A stretch of 64,000 nucleotides of DNA from Sphaerodactylus townsendi (lineage: Eukaryota), in contig NC_059436.1 in assembly GCF_021028975.2 (NCBI RefSeq), positions 31,806,001 to 31,870,000 on the forward strand. The letters run 5' to 3'. Under the pieces are notes generated by a model. It made no database searches and was not told where the DNA came from. It saw nothing but the letters and a program-made list of their open reading frames with translations. Below, piece by piece: positions 60,641 to 64,000 of the stretch (position 1 is its first letter; each line of letters opens with the position of its first letter). The position numbers and the translations under genes were made by a program.

Positions 60641-61559
60641 CCGGACAAGAAACCAAGCGCTATTAGATGCTGGGACAAGTTCCTGCCCTCTGCCCCAGTC
60701 ATGTGGATTCTTCCAGCTTGTTGATCATTTCTAAGAGGCAGAATGTAAAGGGTTTGCCTGCTGCTGAATATTAAAACTCCTCTCAACACAGTACTGCATG
60801 GACTCTTGTCCTTGAATTGCACATACCACAAAGGAACGGCTACTCTTTGTGCTCATGAATAGCAAATAAGGCAGAATGATGAGATGGCTCATAGTGGGAG
60901 GAGAGGAAGTAAGTAGGGACAAGAGGTACTGGGGAGGATGCAGGAAAAAGCAAGGAATATACAATGCAAGTGTGACTTCCCCACCTTCCCCTTCTGCTAT
61001 AGCATGAAATACCCCCTGATGTGCCACTCCAGGGGGGCAGGTGACTTCCAGAAGCAGCATAAAAAAGGGAGGTGCCATAGCATTGCAACAATAAGCAAAA
61101 AGCACCTCCCCAGCCCCTACATATGAGGATCTTTTTTATGGAAATGCACCCAGTATGGCAAAGCTTTTCATTTAAAGTAACTTGCTTGGCTACCACTCCA
61201 AAAAAAAAAAAAAGGGGGGGGGATCCTTGAAGGAATCCTCATATAAAAAAGAATGGCTTAGCAAACAAAGATGAAATTCAGTGAGCCTAGTATTTCAAAG
61301 TAGTCCTCTGTTAGGAATATCCCAGCTTTGATTTCCTGCATGGTGTGGAGAACTGAATTAGATGGCCTGTTAGCTCTTTTGTCAGAAAACTAGGCTATGC
61401 TTGAACATCAGCACAAAAAGACTGAGTATCCGCTAGTGCGGACAATTGGGAAAGGCAGGGGCAAACCACCCTGTAAACAAAACCTGCCTAGTAAACATCG
61501 TGATATGACATCAGCCCATGGGTTAGTAATGACCTGGTGCATAAACTGCCATATTGCAA

Positions 61560-61790
61560 TCAAAAGCTCTGCTCACAATCTGAGTTCAGTCTGGACTGAA
61601 GTAAGGGTAAGGTAGACAGCTCAAGGTTGACTCAGCCTTCCATCCTTTCAGATCAGTAAAATGAGTACCCAGCTTGCTAGGAATAATATGTAGATGACTG
61701 GGGGAGGCAATGACAAACCACCTCATAAACAGTGAGATGTGATGTCATCACATGGGTCAGTAATGCTTGCGCAGGGGACTACATTTACCA
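61560..61790 (+). mobile_element. Degenerate Sauria-type SINE
   Basis: AGGTTGACTCAGCCTTCCATCCTT...AAAATGAGTACCCAGC...GGCAATGACAAACCAC. Confidence 0.6.
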
Positions 61791-62533
61791 TTGTCCACTA
61801 GTTACACCATGAAATGCCTGCATAGACCTCCTTCCATCCAGAACTTTTTCAGAAAAAGGAAGAGCTGCCTTCACAGCTATCATTACCTGGGTGTCCACAT
61901 CTGCTATAGCAAGTGAAAATGTTCACAAGTAAAAATTGGCTAGTCTTATGATTTTAAGTAGTTACGGTTGGCAATACCACTCCTGAGGGCTCATGACAGA
62001 ACTTGTAGCTTTGCACACTTGTAAACTGTACACAATTAAACACTCTAGTCTATTGCAGTCCTGCACAATTTCAAGAAAATCAATTGTTTAAAGACAGACG
62101 ATGTGTAAAAAAATCACATATATTTAATGCACAGGCAGGCACAAGAATAATCAGCACAGGCCACAGGAAAGGTCCTTGCTAGTCACTCAGGATCCAGGAT
62201 GGTGCCTGAACTGATGCTTTCCTCAGGCAGGCCAACAGGATGGGGATGGTGAAATGTGAGGAGTAAGCCACGTCTAAACACTGGCTGTGACCTGTTCTCT
62301 CTCACCCTGTGCCCACAACACTACAGAGGGAGCAAGGAGCCAAGAGGTGGGCAGCAGAAAAGTCACCGCCACAAGTAGGTGATTCTAAAAGAAACAAGTC
62401 CACACTGCTCATTTGTTGGCACAAGAAATGGCTCAACTGAACAATCCAAGTTTGGACTCTTCACCTCAGCAGATGAAACTGGTGAGCCCAGCATTCTGCT
62501 CTCTTCATCCTTCAGTGGCTCCTATTTGTGGTT

Positions 62534-63697
62534 TCAAGCTCCTTGCTGGTTAGTCTCCTCTTCTGTGTCTCTTCTCTTCCAGATCTAAAGAATAAACCAA
62601 ATCTCATTCTAGTCTGGTGATGTATTCTGAACTTTCAGCAACACTTTTTGGCTATATGCAAACCTCTACCAAATCTTCCAATCAAAAGGTATGACATGAA
62701 GATTGGGTTCAGACTATTGGCTTAATTTGTACACATCCCAGGGGAGGCCAATCTATGGTGCTCCAGATGTTCATGGACTACAATTTCCATCAGCCCCTGC
62801 CAGCATGGCCAACGGGCTGATGGGAACTATAGTCCACGCACATCTGGAGCACCATAGGTAGGCCATCCCTACCTTGTCCTAACAGCAATGCTTTCAAAGG
62901 CTGAGCAGAATTTGAATTGTGTAGGAAATGTGGTGGGAAGCATACAGAGAAAAATACTGAGTTACCAGCTACCCTGGTATCCCAGTCTGCCTCTGAAACC
63001 CAAAGCCAAGTCTCCCTGGCTCTCCACACATGAGGTCTGCAGCTGATTTCAGTCAGTGATTCGTGCAGAAGAGCCACCTCTGCCTGCAGACTGGTCCAAG
63101 CACTCACCTGAATGTACGCCTCAGAGAGTGTGATCATCTGGGGAAGGATGTCCGTCACCTGCAAGTCTTGCAACTCATACCACTTGCCTGTGCCCTGCCA
63201 AGGCCATAACACAAGGGATGAGGTTAAGATCTGGGCCGACAAGGTTGTGTGTGTGAAAAGAAGACAATAGGGCACAAGTGGTCACTCCACCTAGGCTGCA
63301 ATTTGGATTCTGACCCAGCAGCACTACATCACCAAGGTGAGGAAAGGCCTAAAAAGGGCCTTTAAAAAGTAGTCAAAGGCCACAGAATGGGTCTAGGAAA
63401 CAAAAGGGACGTGAACAGCTTCCAGGGCAGAGTGCTCAGGCACATAATGTGCTTGCACTGGCAGGAACACTGCAATCCCTCTGGGAAAAGAGGAATTAGG
63501 ACTGCTTGGAACATCACTTCTGACGGCAGGAAGAAACAAGAGCAAGCCTGAGCCAACTCACATGGTGCAGCACATGGATCCTGTACGCCCCTTCAGCCGG
63601 CTTCCCATCATGCACTATATTTGCAATGAGGTCATAGGTTGTGTTCTTATGCACAGCTTGTACCTCCTCAGAGAGGTATTCCCGGAGATCCACGTTC
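62534..63697 (-). CDS. USP39: Ubiquitin-specific peptidase 39 (tri-snRNP Sad1 homologue), last three coding exons; gene continues past the right edge
   Basis: Exons 63697-63562 (NVDLREYLSEEVQAVHKNTTYDLIANIVHDGKP...IHVLHH), 63194-63108 (GTGKWYELQDLQVTDILPQMITLSEAYIQ) and 62584-62534 (IWKRRDTEEETNQQGA*). ATTAAA (minus) at 62123-62128. Confidence 0.96.
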
Positions 63698-64000
63698 CTA
63701 CAGCAGAAAAAAGAAGCAACCATCAGGGCTGTGCTTCACTATAAGACACGGGAATACCTGAAACTTCCCTTCCCACACACAGAATGCCATAAATCTGCAA
63801 CTTTGGTAAGCCTCCCTTCTGGTGAGTGGTCTGTCCTATATGCACAGGATTTATACATCATGACAGCCCTCTTTCCGCCATGCTTTTGCAGGAGGCAGCA
63901 ATAGCAGCGAGGTGCTGCTAGCACCACCTTCAGAATCCCCATGGGCAGAAGACAAACCAATTTCAAACACTCTGAATACCGATCCTAATGACCACATGCT

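Overview
Vertebrate genomic DNA. The repeat content (CTT-tailed tRNA-derived SINEs, Sauria-type SINE, L2, CR1, RTE-X-like and Rex1-like LINEs, Penelope fragments, hAT and Harbinger MITEs) points to a squamate reptile, probably a gecko; this is an inference. Six intron-containing genes were assembled by hand from splice sites and recognisable protein sequence. In order: NDUFA10 (-, exons 1-7, runs off the left edge), FHIP2B/FAM160B2 (+, complete, 17 exons), NUDT18 (-, complete), REEP4 (-, complete), SFTPB (+, complete, 11 coding exons) and USP39 (-, last 3 exons). Most ORFs in the supplied track are spurious. I found no evidence for a wholly new biological system. The observations most worth checking are: (1) SFTPB keeps a second, C-terminal saposin-A domain, like prosaposin and unlike human SP-B; (2) hairless (HR) is absent from its mammalian position between NUDT18 and REEP4, and SFTPB sits where mammals have LGI3/SFTPC; (3) a Penelope-derived palindrome carries hammerhead-ribozyme cores; (4) a loopless ~160-bp palindrome lies in an SFTPB intron; (5) NDUFA10 intron 2 needs a GC donor; (6) REEP4 has a candidate 12-nt microexon; (7) locally templated filler DNA occurs at two LINE junctions. 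Comparisons with human genes are from recall, not from alignments.
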